Assembly: GCF_000007145.1 (NCBI RefSeq) | Contig: NC_003902.1 | Coordinates: 2,077,436 to 2,109,435 of the forward strand | Length of the DNA stretch: 32,000 nt | Direction of reading: 5' to 3' | Origin: Xanthomonas campestris pv. campestris str. ATCC 33913 | Lineage (GTDB): Bacteria; Pseudomonadota; Gammaproteobacteria; Xanthomonadales; Xanthomonadaceae | Shown here: positions 1-9,800 of the stretch, piece by piece | How positions within the stretch are numbered: position 1 is the stretch's first letter | How the letters are laid out: each line of letters opens with the position of its first letter | Position numbers and translations under genes: made by a program | Notes under the pieces: generated by a model | The model's input: only the letters and a program-made list of their open reading frames with translations | Database searches by the model: none | What the model was told of the DNA's origin: nothing

Positions 1-17
1 CAGCGGCGATGCCGCGC

Positions 18-1073
18 TCATAGCGGCCCCACCGCGCCGCCACTGGGCGACTCACGGCGGCGCCGGATTGCATCCACGCACTCGCCGATCAAGCGCGGCC
101 CGCGATAGACCAGGCCGCTGTAGCACTGCACCAGGCTGGCACCGGCGGCCATCTTGGCCACCGCATCGGCGCCGGACGTGATGCCGCCCACGCCGATCAA
201 CGGAATGGACTCGGGCAGGCGTGCACGCAGGCGACGCAGCACCAGCGTGGATTGCCCCAGCAGCGGTGCGCCCGACAGGCCGCCGGCCTGCTCGGCCATC
301 GGATGGCTGGCCACCAGGGTGCGCGTCACCGTGGTGTTGGTGGCGATCACGCCATCCACCGCCAGGTCAGCCAACACGCGTGCGGCCGCATCGATGTCGC
401 GGTCGTTGAGGTCCGGTGCCACCTTCACCAGCATCGGCACGCGCTTGCCGTGTTGGGCGGCCAGGGCTTCCTGGGTTTCGCGCAGATCGGCGATCAGCCG
501 GCGCAGCGCCTGTTCTTCCTGCAGCTCGCGTAAACCGGCGGTATTGGGCGAGGAAATGTTGACGGTGATGTAGTCGGCCAGCGGATACACGCGCTCCATG
601 CAATAGCGGTAATCGCTGGTCGCTTCCTCGTTGGGCGTGTCCTTGTTCTTGCCGATGTTGATGCCGAGCAGGCCACCGCGCCGGCGCGCACGCTGCACGT
701 TCTTCACCAGCACATCCACGCCCAGGTTGTTGAAGCCCATGCGGTTGATCACCGCCTGGTATTCGGGCAACCGGAACATGCGCGGCTTGGGATTGCCCTC
801 CTGTGGCTTCGGCGTCACCGTGCCGATCTCGACAAACCCGAAGCCCAATGCCAGCAGCGCATCGATGTGCTCGCCGTTCTTGTCCAGCCCGGCGCCCAGG
901 CCCACCGGGTTGGGGAACATCAGCCCGAAGGCAGGCGTGGGCAGGGGCACCGGCCGGGTGGCCACCAGCGCCGTGGTGCCGGTGCGGTAGGCGGTGTCGA
1001 TGGCGCGCAGGGCCAGCGCGTGGGCGCGCTCGGCGTCGAAGGCGAACAGGAAGGGGCGGGCGAGCGAATACAT
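18..1073 (-). CDS. pyrD: dihydroorotate dehydrogenase (quinone), class 2
   Basis: The ORF 18..1307 contains [18 protein letters not shown]... and the motifs [26 protein letters not shown] and NISSPNT. The start was trimmed to the ATG at 1071-1073 (Met79 of the tracked ORF), giving 351 aa, a typical PyrD length. Confidence 0.9.
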
Positions 1074-1078
1074 GCGGG

Positions 1079-1846
1079 TCAGTTCAATCTCCCGGCAAAC
1101 ACGCGGGTCTGGTAATGGAAATCGATGTGCCCATCCTGGGCATGTGCATCGAACAGGGCGCGCAGCGCGGCAAGCATCGGTGCATGCCGCGGATCGTGCG
1201 CCAGGGGCGCGTATGACGACGACAGCAAGCGGCCGCGCAAGGCCTCGAAGTCCAGCTGCTGCACGTTGGGAAACTTGGCCATCGCAACGAAACCCTCGCC
1301 GAACCACGCCTGCATGGTGGCATCGTCCTGGTAACGCTCGGCCACGGCGGTGTAGTCGGTGCCGTAGTCCAGCAACAGCTGCTCATAGCCGCGCAGGAAC
1401 GCGGTGCTGTCCAGTTCGCGGCTGTTCCAGTACACCACCGCCAGGCCGCCGGGTTTCAGGATGCGCGCCCATTCGGCACGCACCGCGAGCATGTCGAACC
1501 AATGGAAGGCCTGCGCCGCAGAGACCACATCCACGCTGGCATCGGCCAGCCCGGTGGCCTCGGCAGTGCCGTCGACCGCCCGGAATTTGGCATAGCTGGC
1601 CAGCCATTGCTGCGCTGCTTCGCGCATGGCCGGATTGGGTTCCACTGCGGTCACCGGGTAGCCGGCCTCCAGGAACAACCGGCTGGAAATCCCGGTGCCG
1701 GCACCGATGTCGGCCACGTGGTTGGCGGGCGTCACGCCGAGCTGCTCATGCAGCCAGCGCAAGACCTGCGGCGGGTAGCTGGGCCGGTAGCGCACGTATG
1801 CGGCCACCCGGTCGTTGAACCGTTGCGCGGAGGATGGCGCGGCCAT
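1079..1846 (-). CDS. class I SAM-dependent methyltransferase
   Basis: Lies within ORF 1079..2179. Start chosen at the ATG at 1844-1846 ([22 protein letters not shown]...). It carries motif [11 protein letters not shown]. Its stop is 5 nt upstream of the pyrD start, consistent with one operon. Confidence 0.8.
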
Positions 1847-1848
1847 GC

Positions 1849-2133
1849 TCACGCGTTTGCCGCCGCAAACCAGGCCAGGCCGCCGAAGAACAGGACGAAG
1901 ATCGCCACGCCCGCAATCCACATCGCCACCGAGATCCAGCCCAGGAGCAGGCCGCCAACAGCCAGCCCATCGCCTTCCAGGCCTTGCGGATTGCGCCGGA
2001 TCTCGCCGCGCGCCAGGTGGCCGGTGATGATGGCGCAGACGCTGCCCAGGAACGGCAGCAGGGTCCAGCCGAGAATGCCTGAGACCAGGCTGACGATGGC
2101 CAGCGTGCTGGTCTGTCGAACGACATGATTCAT
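1849..2133 (-). CDS. small DUF4190-like integral membrane protein
   Basis: Lies within ORF 1849..2319. Start chosen at the ATG at 2131-2133, preceded by a GGAG. The product (MNHVVRQTSTLAIVSLVSGILGW...) has two long hydrophobic segments. Its stop is 2 nt from the methyltransferase start. Confidence 0.65.
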   Translation of the reverse strand: MNHVVRQTSTLAIVSLVSGILGWTLLPFLGSVCAIITGHLARGEIRRNPQGLEGDGLAVGGLLLGWISVAMWIAGVAIFVLFFGGLAWFAAANA

Positions 2134-2427
2134 CACAACTCCTTGGGTGGCCGCGGCCAGAGGGCAGGGCGCCGCACAATTATCCCAGAGCGGGCACGCA
2201 AATGGCGTGCGGTCTGCGGCGGAATGACGGTTGTGCAGTATGGCCTGCGGCCGTGCATCGGGTCGGGGCCGAGGCGTGAGGCGGTCTTTTGCGCACTGGG
2301 CAAGCGCTGGGTGTTGCATGTGCTCGCGTTGGCCCTGGCGGGGCAGCGCGCAGGAAGCCGTACGTGCGTCGCTGCAGGCAGTGGTGCCAACAGGCGCAGC
2401 GAGCGCCAGGTGCCAGCATCGGACAGT

Positions 2428-2444
2428 GCCCCGGAGCCCGGGGC
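2428..2444 (-). terminator. possible terminator hairpin downstream of the aldehyde dehydrogenase gene
   Basis: Perfect GCCCCGG-AGC-CCGGGGC hairpin about 20 nt beyond the stop at 2463. It can be extended by CAG/CTG pairs. No U tract follows, so the call is weak. Confidence 0.3.
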
Positions 2445-2462
2445 GCTGCGATCACAGAGCGA

Positions 2463-3995
2463 TCAAAGGTCGAACTTGATGCCTTGCGCCAGCGGCAGCG
2501 AATCGGAGTAGTTGATGGTGTTGGTCTGGCGGCGCATGTAGACCTTCCACGCATCCGAGCCGGATTCGCGACCGCCGCCGGTTTCCTTCTCGCCACCGAA
2601 CGCGCCGCCGATCTCCGCACCCGAAGTGCCGATATTGACGTTGGCAATGCCGCAGTCGCTGCCGGCCGCCGACAGGAACTTCTCGGCCGCCTTCAGGTTC
2701 TGGGTGAAGATCGACGACGACAGGCCCTGCGGCACGCCGTTCTGCAGATCGATCGCCTCGTCCAGCGTGCTGTACTTCATCACGTACAGGATCGGCGCGA
2801 AGGTCTCGTGCTGCACCACCGCGTCGCTGTTCTTCAGCCCGGTCACGATCGCCGGCAGCACGAAATTGCCGGGGCGATCGATCGCGGTGCCGCCCACTTC
2901 GACCGTGCCGCCGGCGGCCTTGGCCTTGGCGATGGACTCCAGGAACTGCTCCACCGCACCGCGGCTGTTGAGCGGGCCCATCAGGTTGGCCGGGTCGGTG
3001 GGGTCGCCGATCTTGCTGTCGAGCTGCTTGTACGCCTTGACCAGCGTGGCCAGCACGTTGTCGTAGATGGATTCGTGCACGATCAGCCGGCGCGTGGTGG
3101 TGCAGCGCTGGCCGGCGGTGCCCACCGCGCCGAACACGATGCCCGGCACCGCCAGCTTCAGGTCGGCGGTTTCATCCAGGATGATGGCGTTGTTGCCGCC
3201 CAGCTCCAGCAGGCAGCGGCCCAGGCGGCGGGCGACCTTCTCGGCGACCACGCGGCCGATCTGGGTCGAGCCGGTGAAGCTGATCAGCGGCACGCGTCCG
3301 TCTTCGACCAGCTTCTCCGACAGGGAGGTGCCGGCATCGTTGATCAGGAAGAAGATGTCCGGGAAGCCGGCTTCCTTGAGCGCGGCATTGCAGATCTTCA
3401 TCGTGGCGATCGCGGTCAGCGGGGTCTTGTTGGACGGCTTCCAGATGCAGATATCGCCGCAAATGGCCGCCAGGAACGCATTCCACGCCCACACCGCCAC
3501 CGGGAAGTTGAACGCACTGATGATGCCGACCAGGCCCAGCGGTTGGTACTGCTCGTACATGCGGTGGCCCGGGCGCTCCGAGTGCATGGTGTAGCCGTAC
3601 AGCATGCGGCTCTGGCCCACGGCGAAGTCGGCGATGTCGATCATCTCCTGCACCTCGCCATCGCCTTCGGGCTTGCTCTTGCCCATTTCCAGCGCCACCA
3701 GCGAACCGAGCGCGTCCTTGTGCGCACGCAGTGCCTCGCCGCACAAGCGCACGGCCTCGCCACGACGCGGCGCCGGGGTGGTGCGCCAGACCTTGAAGGC
3801 CGCCTGTGCGCGCGCCACGATCAGCTCGTAGTCCTGCGGCGTGGTGGCCTGCACATCGGCGATCACCGCATTGGTGGTCGGATTGAGCGGCTGCAGCACC
3901 CCGGCACCGGTGGCCTGCGACCAGGTCCCCTCGCCAAGATAGGTGCCGGCATTGGACGGGGCGAGGTCGAGCGCCTTGAGCAGGTCAGCGGACAT
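2463..3995 (-). CDS. NAD-dependent aldehyde dehydrogenase, ALDH7 / piperideine-6-carboxylate (aminoadipate-semialdehyde) dehydrogenase-like
   Basis: Lies within ORF 2463..4121. Start chosen at the ATG at 3993-3995 with GGAG upstream ([23 protein letters not shown]...). ALDH motifs are present: [19 protein letters not shown] and a C-terminal [16 protein letters not shown]. 510 aa. Confidence 0.85.
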   Translation of the reverse strand: MSADLLKALDLAPSNAGTYLGEGTWSQATGAGVLQPLNPTTNAVIADVQATTPQDYELIVARAQAAFKVWRTTPAPRRGEAVRLCGEALRAHKDALGSLVALEMGKSKPEGDGEVQEMIDIADFAVGQSRMLYGYTMHSERPGHRMYEQYQPLGLVGIISAFNFPVAVWAWNAFLAAICGDICIWKPSNKTPLTAIATMKICNAALKEAGFPDIFFLINDAGTSLSEKLVEDGRVPLISFTGSTQIGRVVAEKVARRLGRCLLELGGNNAIILDETADLKLAVPGIVFGAVGTAGQRCTTTRRLIVHESIYDNVLATLVKAYKQLDSKIGDPTDPANLMGPLNSRGAVEQFLESIAKAKAAGGTVEVGGTAIDRPGNFVLPAIVTGLKNSDAVVQHETFAPILYVMKYSTLDEAIDLQNGVPQGLSSSIFTQNLKAAEKFLSAAGSDCGIANVNIGTSGAEIGGAFGGEKETGGGRESGSDAWKVYMRRQTNTINYSDSLPLAQGIKFDL

Positions 3996-4094
3996 GGAAT
4001 CTCCAAGAAAGTCGGGACGGCCGCAGCCCGCACCAGGCGAGACGCAACGCGAGTAGCCGCCGATTTTAGCAGGCTCCCCGCACCACCCGCCGGC

Positions 4095-4122
4095 TTGGCA
4101 AGCCGGACGAACATGCGACAAT
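4095..4122 (+). promoter_or_regulatory. candidate sigma70 promoter for tRNA-Arg
   Basis: TTGGCA (4095-4100), a 16-nt spacer, then GACAAT (4117-4122), ending 9 nt before the tRNA 5' end. The -35 element sits inside the palindrome CCGGCTT-GGC-AAGCCGG (4090-4106). Confidence 0.4.
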
Positions 4123-4131
4123 GCCGCCCTT

Positions 4132-4208
4132 GGCCCCGTAGCTCAGCTGGATAGAGCGTCCCCCTCCTAAGGGGAAGGTCGCCCGTTCGAATCGGGCCGG
4201 GGTCACCA
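4132..4208 (+). tRNA. tRNA-Arg (anticodon CCT)
   Basis: Folded by hand as a 77-nt cloverleaf. Acceptor GGCCCCG/CGGGGTC, D arm GCTC..GAGC, anticodon stem TCCCC/GGGGA with loop CTCCTAA, T arm GCCCG-TTCGAAT-CGGGC, and an encoded CCA. Confidence 0.9.
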
Positions 4209-5089
4209 GAAGTTTTGACGCTCTGACTGGCTTGGGGCACAAAGCCGCAATGGTGTCTTCACTGTCGATCAGTTCGTAATCCAGGGCTCCGCACCAGCGA
4301 TTGATTCGCCCGTATCCGGGCACTCGTGGGATCACGTTGCCCTTACCCGGTGCTGCGTGCTTGGCGAGGCCATTCTGAAAAGCTCGTTGAGTCGAAAGAT
4401 GGTTTCAAGCTCTTCCCAATTTTCATCAGTGCGCTCGCGGCAAGTGGAATCCGCTATGTATCTCGCAACCTGATCTTTATCTGATTTCCATGGTCAGGTT
4501 CAGTGGGTTGTCATCGCCTGAGATGCCCTTGGACAAGCTGCCCCTCGCTAGAACCTGACTTCTTCATCGCCTAAGCCCTCGCAGCAACGGGGCATATGCC
4601 GGCGAATTCTATGTAGATGCGCCTGTTAGGTGAATACGCCCGAGACCTCCCGCAGGCACTAGCAGCTAACCAGCCGCCGGCTTCTGTTCAAGCAGCGGCA
4701 ACGTGCTTGGCAACTTTGCTTTTCCTTGATGATCCAAACGGCCTGTTGGCAATATGAAAGCTATGCCCTTAAGAACATCCCTTAGATAAAAGTATTTAGG
4801 GGAATTTGGAAGACGTTAGGCGCCAAGTCTCAACTTGCCACCCAGTTATCCACGTCCTCTGCTTCGCAACTCAGATTTATTTATGAGATTTGCGTCACAA
4901 ATTGAAAAGGGTGGGACTTTTCTTACAGGAAGCTCCCTACACGCAGCGTTGACCCCCTGTTCACGTTCCAGCAAAGTTGCGCCGGATTTGCGTGCTGACG
5001 GGTTGGATCGCCATTTTGGCGACCAGGCACGCCGATGCCAGCGGGGTCGCGCAGCAGCGCGGTAACGCTGTCAACAGGGGCAAGACACG

Positions 5090-6790
5090 ATGTGGAAACG
5101 ATCGGCGCCTTTTGCGCTGGCGGCTTGCCTATGGGCGGTTGCCGGGCAGGTGGCTGCACAACAGGCAGCACCCACCACGCTGGACCGGCAGGAGCAGTTG
5201 CGTCAGGCCGAAGAGATCCAGCGCCGGCAGGAGCAGGAGCGCCAGGCGCCGTTCGCCGGCCCGCGCGAGGATGCCGAGCGGGTTGATGCGCGCAGTACTG
5301 TGCTGCCCAAGGAGGAACTGTGCTTTGCGATCACCCGTGTACGTCTGTCCGGTGCTGGGGCGGATGGAGCGCGTTTTGGGTGGCTTTGGAAATCCCTGCG
5401 CCGGTATGAAGGCCGTTGCATCGGGCGCGCGGGTATCGATGTCATTCGCCGCCGCGCGTTGGACCAGCTGGTTGCACGGGGCCTGGTAACCACGCGCATC
5501 GGCGTGCCCGAGCAGGATCTCTCACGCGGCGAACTCCGCTTTGAATTGATGCCTGGCCGCTTGCGCGACGTGCGCATCGTGTCCGATCAGGGCAGCGCGT
5601 ATTGGAAGAATGCGTTGCCACTGCGCCGTGGCGACTTGCTGGACCTGCGCGCGATCGAACAGGCCGTGGAGCAGTTCAAACGGCTGCCATCGCAGGACGC
5701 CAAGATCGATATCGCACCCGGTGATGCGCCAGGCGAATCGGATCTGGTCATCACCCTGCAGCACGGCCGTCGCTGGCGCGGCGTACTCAACGCCGACGAT
5801 TCGGGGGTTGAGGCGACGGGGCGGATGCAGGGCGGTCTGGACGTATCTTTCGACAATCCATTTGGCCTCAACGATGTGCTCAGCGTCGGCTACAGCCACG
5901 ATCTGGCCACCCGCGACGAAGAGCGCGGCACGCGCGGCAACAGCCTGAGTTACAACCTGCCGTGGGGATGGTGGACGCTGGCGCTGTCTGCGTCCTCGTA
6001 TCGTTATCACCAGCGGGTGGATGGGTTTCTGCAGACTTTCCAGTCCAGCGGCGAATCCAGCAACGCACAGCTGGATCTCCAGCGTGTCCTGCATCGCAAC
6101 GGCACCAGCAAGACCTCTGTCGGCGTCACGGTGGGGCGCCGGCGTGCACGCAGTTATCTGGATGGCGTGGAAATCGGCATCCAGCGTCGCGATACCAGCA
6201 GTGCGGAATTCTATTTCACCCATCGGCGCTATTTGGGGGCGCTGCAACTCGACGTGCGGCTTGCGCACCGGCGTGGCACGCCGTGGTTCGACAGCCAATG
6301 GACTGGCTATGACCCGCAGATCGGTTTCCCCTCGTTTCGCTATGGCGTCACCACGCTGGACGTCAGCACAGCGCTGCCGTTCAAGCTGGGTGCGGTGCCG
6401 TTTGCATGGGAAAGCAGCCTGCGCGCACAGACGGCGGGCGAGCTGTTGCTCGGGTCGGAATTCGTCACCATTGGCGGCCGTTACAGCGTGCGCGGGTTCG
6501 ACGGCGAAGCCACGCTGGGTGCCGAGAAAGGCGCCTATTGGCGCAACACGCTCAGCCTGCCTGTGCAGCAACTCGGCATAACGCCGTACCTCGGCTTGGA
6601 TGCAGGCCGCATTGATGGCAGCAGTGCCAGCGGCCTGCGCGGGCGCAGCCTGGTCGGCGGTGCCGTGGGCCTGCGTGGCGGCTGGTTCGGCGCCAGCATC
6701 GATGCCTTTGCCGGTTGGGCGATCCATCGCCCGGATGGTTTCGGCAGTGCTCAGCCTGCGTACGGCGCACGGTTGATCTACCAGTTTTGA
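5090..6790 (+). CDS. fhaC: TpsB outer-membrane transporter (ShlB/FhaC/HecB family) of a two-partner secretion system
   Basis: 566-aa ORF with a signal peptide (MWKRSAPFALAACLWAVAGQVAAQ), a POTRA-like N-terminal half, a beta-barrel C-terminal half containing GGRYSVRGF, and a terminal F. It lies directly upstream of a TpsA gene. Confidence 0.9.
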   Translation: MWKRSAPFALAACLWAVAGQVAAQQAAPTTLDRQEQLRQAEEIQRRQEQERQAPFAGPREDAERVDARSTVLPKEELCFAITRVRLSGAGADGARFGWLWKSLRRYEGRCIGRAGIDVIRRRALDQLVARGLVTTRIGVPEQDLSRGELRFELMPGRLRDVRIVSDQGSAYWKNALPLRRGDLLDLRAIEQAVEQFKRLPSQDAKIDIAPGDAPGESDLVITLQHGRRWRGVLNADDSGVEATGRMQGGLDVSFDNPFGLNDVLSVGYSHDLATRDEERGTRGNSLSYNLPWGWWTLALSASSYRYHQRVDGFLQTFQSSGESSNAQLDLQRVLHRNGTSKTSVGVTVGRRRARSYLDGVEIGIQRRDTSSAEFYFTHRRYLGALQLDVRLAHRRGTPWFDSQWTGYDPQIGFPSFRYGVTTLDVSTALPFKLGAVPFAWESSLRAQTAGELLLGSEFVTIGGRYSVRGFDGEATLGAEKGAYWRNTLSLPVQQLGITPYLGLDAGRIDGSSASGLRGRSLVGGAVGLRGGWFGASIDAFAGWAIHRPDGFGSAQPAYGARLIYQF

Positions 6791-6797
6791 CATTGAC

Positions 6798-6823
6798 CAC
6801 GCTGCCGTCCGGCAGCGTGTTTT
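6798..6823 (+). terminator. intrinsic terminator-like hairpin between fhaC and fhaB
   Basis: Perfect 10-nt arms, CACGCTGCCG-tc-CGGCAGCGTG (6798-6819), followed by TTTT (6820-6823). It begins 8 nt after the fhaC stop. Confidence 0.6.
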
Positions 6824-6859
6824 CGGATTGATGCCGCCATTGGCGGGCGAGAGAGACAC

Positions 6860-9800
6860 ATGGACAAGCAAACGATGGGCATGCGTGGTTACGTGGCCGA
6901 ACAGTGCAAGCGCGGACTGGCGCTGCTGCTGTGCTGCACGGTGACCTGGACATCGTTTCCGGCGTGGGCGCAGGTTGCGCCAACGCCCAATCCCGGCGGT
7001 CAACAGCCCGGCCAGCAGGTCGCGGCCAACGGCGTGCCGGTGGTGGACATCGTCGCGCCGAATGCGCGTGGCATCTCGCACAACCGCTACAGCAACTTCA
7101 ATGTTGGCCCCAATGGATTGATCCTCAATAACAGCGCGCAGATTTCCAAGACCGAACTTGGCGGCTACGTGGCCGGTAACAACAATCTGCAACGCAGCGG
7201 CGCGGCCTCGTTGATCCTCAACGAAGTGACCTCGGCCAGCAGCCGCCTGCAGGGCTATACCGAAATTGCAGGCGCCAAGGCGCAATTGGTCATCGCCAAC
7301 CCCAATGGCATTTCGTGCGATGGCTGCGGCTTCCTCAACACCTCGCGTGTCACTTTGACGACCGGCGCGCCCAACCTGGGTAGCGATGGTGCATTGAACG
7401 GCTTCACGGTGACTGGCGGTGCGTTGAGCATCGGTAGCAATGGCCTGGATGCGTTCAATGTGGACCGTCTGGACCTGCTGTCGCGCCAGTTGAGCGTGGG
7501 CGGTTCCATCTGGACCAAGGAACTGGTAGCCACGGCCGGTACCGGCCGTATCAATTACGACGGCATGCTGCTGGATGTGTTGCCGGGCACCGATGGTGGC
7601 GCACCGGCGATCGGTATCGACGTTGCGCAGCTTGGCGGCATGTATGCGGACCGGATTCGCCTAATTGCCACAGAGGCCGGTGTCGGCGTGGTAAGTCGCG
7701 GGACCTTGGCCGCGCAAAGTGGTGATCTGCAGATCGATGGCGCAGGGCAGGTGAGCTTGCGTGGCACCACGGTCGCGCGCGACGGCTTGAGCGCGCGTGC
7801 GGCTGGCGATCTGGAGCAGAGCGGCGTGCTTGGATCGCAGCAGGGCACGGTCAGCCTGCGCGGCGCACAGCTGCGTCTGGGGGGCGATCTGGTCGCCGCA
7901 GGTGCACTGGATGCGCAGGCCAGTGGCACGCTGACACACAGTGGGCGTAGCAGCGCGGGCTCGATCCGTCTGTTCGGTTCTCAATTGAACGCGGACGGCA
8001 GTTTGCATACGCAAGGTGTGCTGGACCTTGGCGCCGATGGGCTGCTGCGCACCGGCGGGGTTGCTTATGCAGGTGCGGGTGCGACCCTGCGCGCCGTGCG
8101 CCTTGGCGTGTCGGGGACACTGCAGAGCGGTGCTTCGATCAGCATGCAGGCGAACGAGATCGATGCACTGGGAACGTTGGACGCAGCGACCGCGTTGCGG
8201 GTGAACAGCACAGGCGGCTTGCGCCTGGCGGGGCTGGCCCAGGCGGGGCAGGATGCCGATGTGCAGGCCGGCGGCCCCCTGGAGCTGCAGGGCCAGCTGG
8301 TTGCTGGCAATGCGCTTTCGTTGGGTGCAGGCAGCGCGCGTATCGCGCAAGGCGCGGCGGTATCGGCGGGTGGCGATCTGGCCATGCGTAGCGTCGGGTT
8401 GTTGGAGACGGCCGGTAGCGCCTATGCAGGCCGCGACCTTCAGGTCCAGGCGGGTGCGCTGAACAACGCCGGACGCCTGTCTGCTGTGCGCGCTGCGCAA
8501 GTGGCGGTGGATCAGGCGGTGGACAACAGCGGCACGCTGGTCGCTGGCGCAACCTTGCGTGTGGATGCGGGGCAGCTGGACAGCCGCGGCGATGTGGGCA
8601 GCCAGGCGGCTGACACTGTGGTGCGGAGCCGCAGCAGCCTGAATCTGCGCGGCAATACCGTGGCAGGCGCGGCCATGACGCTGGATGCCGCGACCACCGC
8701 CGATGTCTCCGGCACGCTCAGTGCGGGCCGGCTGGATCTGCGCAGTGGCGGCAACGCCACACTTGCCGGCGCGATACAGACCAGCAGCGGTGCGCTGACC
8801 GTGGCGTCTGCTGCAGCGCTGACCAGCAGCGGCATCCTGCGGTCCACGGGCGAGCTGGCGTTGCAGGCCAACGGGTCCCTGCTGCAGCGCGGACAACTGC
8901 GCAGCGACGGCAATCTGCTGCTCGCAGGTGCGGCCATCGATAGCGACGGCACCGTGGACAGTGGTGGCAACCTTCGTCTTGCCAGCCAGGGCGACATGCA
9001 GCTAGCCGGCACCCTTCAAAGCGCAGGTGCAACTGCGCTACAAGCCAGTGGCCGGGTGCACAACGGCGGTGCAGTCGTTGCGGTGGGCACGTTGGGCCTG
9101 GATGCCGCAGCGCTGCGGAATGCGCAAGGTGCGGCGTTGTCGTCTCAGGGTGATGCCACCTTGCGTACCGCCGGCCTGCTGGATAACGCGGGCAGCCTGT
9201 CTGCCGGCGGCAACCTGCAGCTCACTGCAGCGAACGTGGTGCAACAGGGCAGCGCGACTGCGGGCAACGCACTGACCGCTTCGGTCAGCGAAACGCTCGA
9301 CAACACCGGCAGCCTGGTCGCCAAGCAAGCCGTGCAAATCGATGCCGGCGCGTTGCGCAGCAATGGGCAGCTTGGCAGCGAGTCGGCCGATGTTCGATTG
9401 AATTCGCAAGGCGATATGCGCTTGGGCGGCGTGGTAGCTGCGGCAACCGAGCTCCAGGCAGCGGCTGCCGGAGATCTGCAGCAAGACGGCGCCTTGCGTG
9501 GGCAATCGGTGACGGTGCAGGCTGGGCGGGACCTCACCACTGCAGGTAGCTTGCAATCCACCAACGCGCTGGACCTGCAGGCGCAGCGCACGCTGACCTT
9601 TGCTGCGCAGGGTGCGGTCGGCGGCGATGCGCGTCTGCGTGCAGGCACGCTCGCCACCACCGACGCTGCGGTGCTCCAGAGCGCCGGTGCGATTGGCCTG
9701 GACGCTACGGCCATCGACAGCCGCGGCAAGCTCGATGCTGCGGGCGACCTACGTGCCAGCAGCCAAGGAGATCTGCGGCTTGCCGGTGTTGCGCAAGGCG

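Noticed and set aside
2289-4154. A 621-aa ORF on the plus strand, opposite the aldehyde dehydrogenase gene. Similar long ORFs lie opposite or out of frame with known genes: 5522..7285 (-), 7661..8896 (-), 13871..15088 (-), 22971..25052 (-), 26454..28262 (-) and 16090..18336 (+).
   Set aside because: Their translations are Arg/Ala/Gly/Pro-rich and low in complexity, with no recognisable motifs. Each fully overlaps a well-supported gene or IS element on the other strand or in another frame. Long spurious ORFs like these are expected in high-GC DNA.
4185-4208. A direct repeat of the tRNA-Arg 3' end (att site) at the far side of the accessory segment.
   Set aside because: Only a 7-nt match (TTCGAAT, near 20893) was found by eye, which is no better than chance. 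The island boundary therefore rests on composition and gene content alone.
4066-4335. An 89-aa minus-strand ORF spanning the tRNA-Arg gene.
   Set aside because: It reads straight through the tRNA on the antisense strand, and its C-terminal part is just the tRNA complement. Only its upstream portion may be a gene relic; this is reported separately at low interest.
4492-4502. The 11-mer GGTCAGGTTCA occurs both here and at the IS10-like target site (20758-20768).
   Set aside because: Hundreds of chance 11-mer pairs are expected in a 32-kb window counted on both strands. The flanking sequence shows no further similarity.
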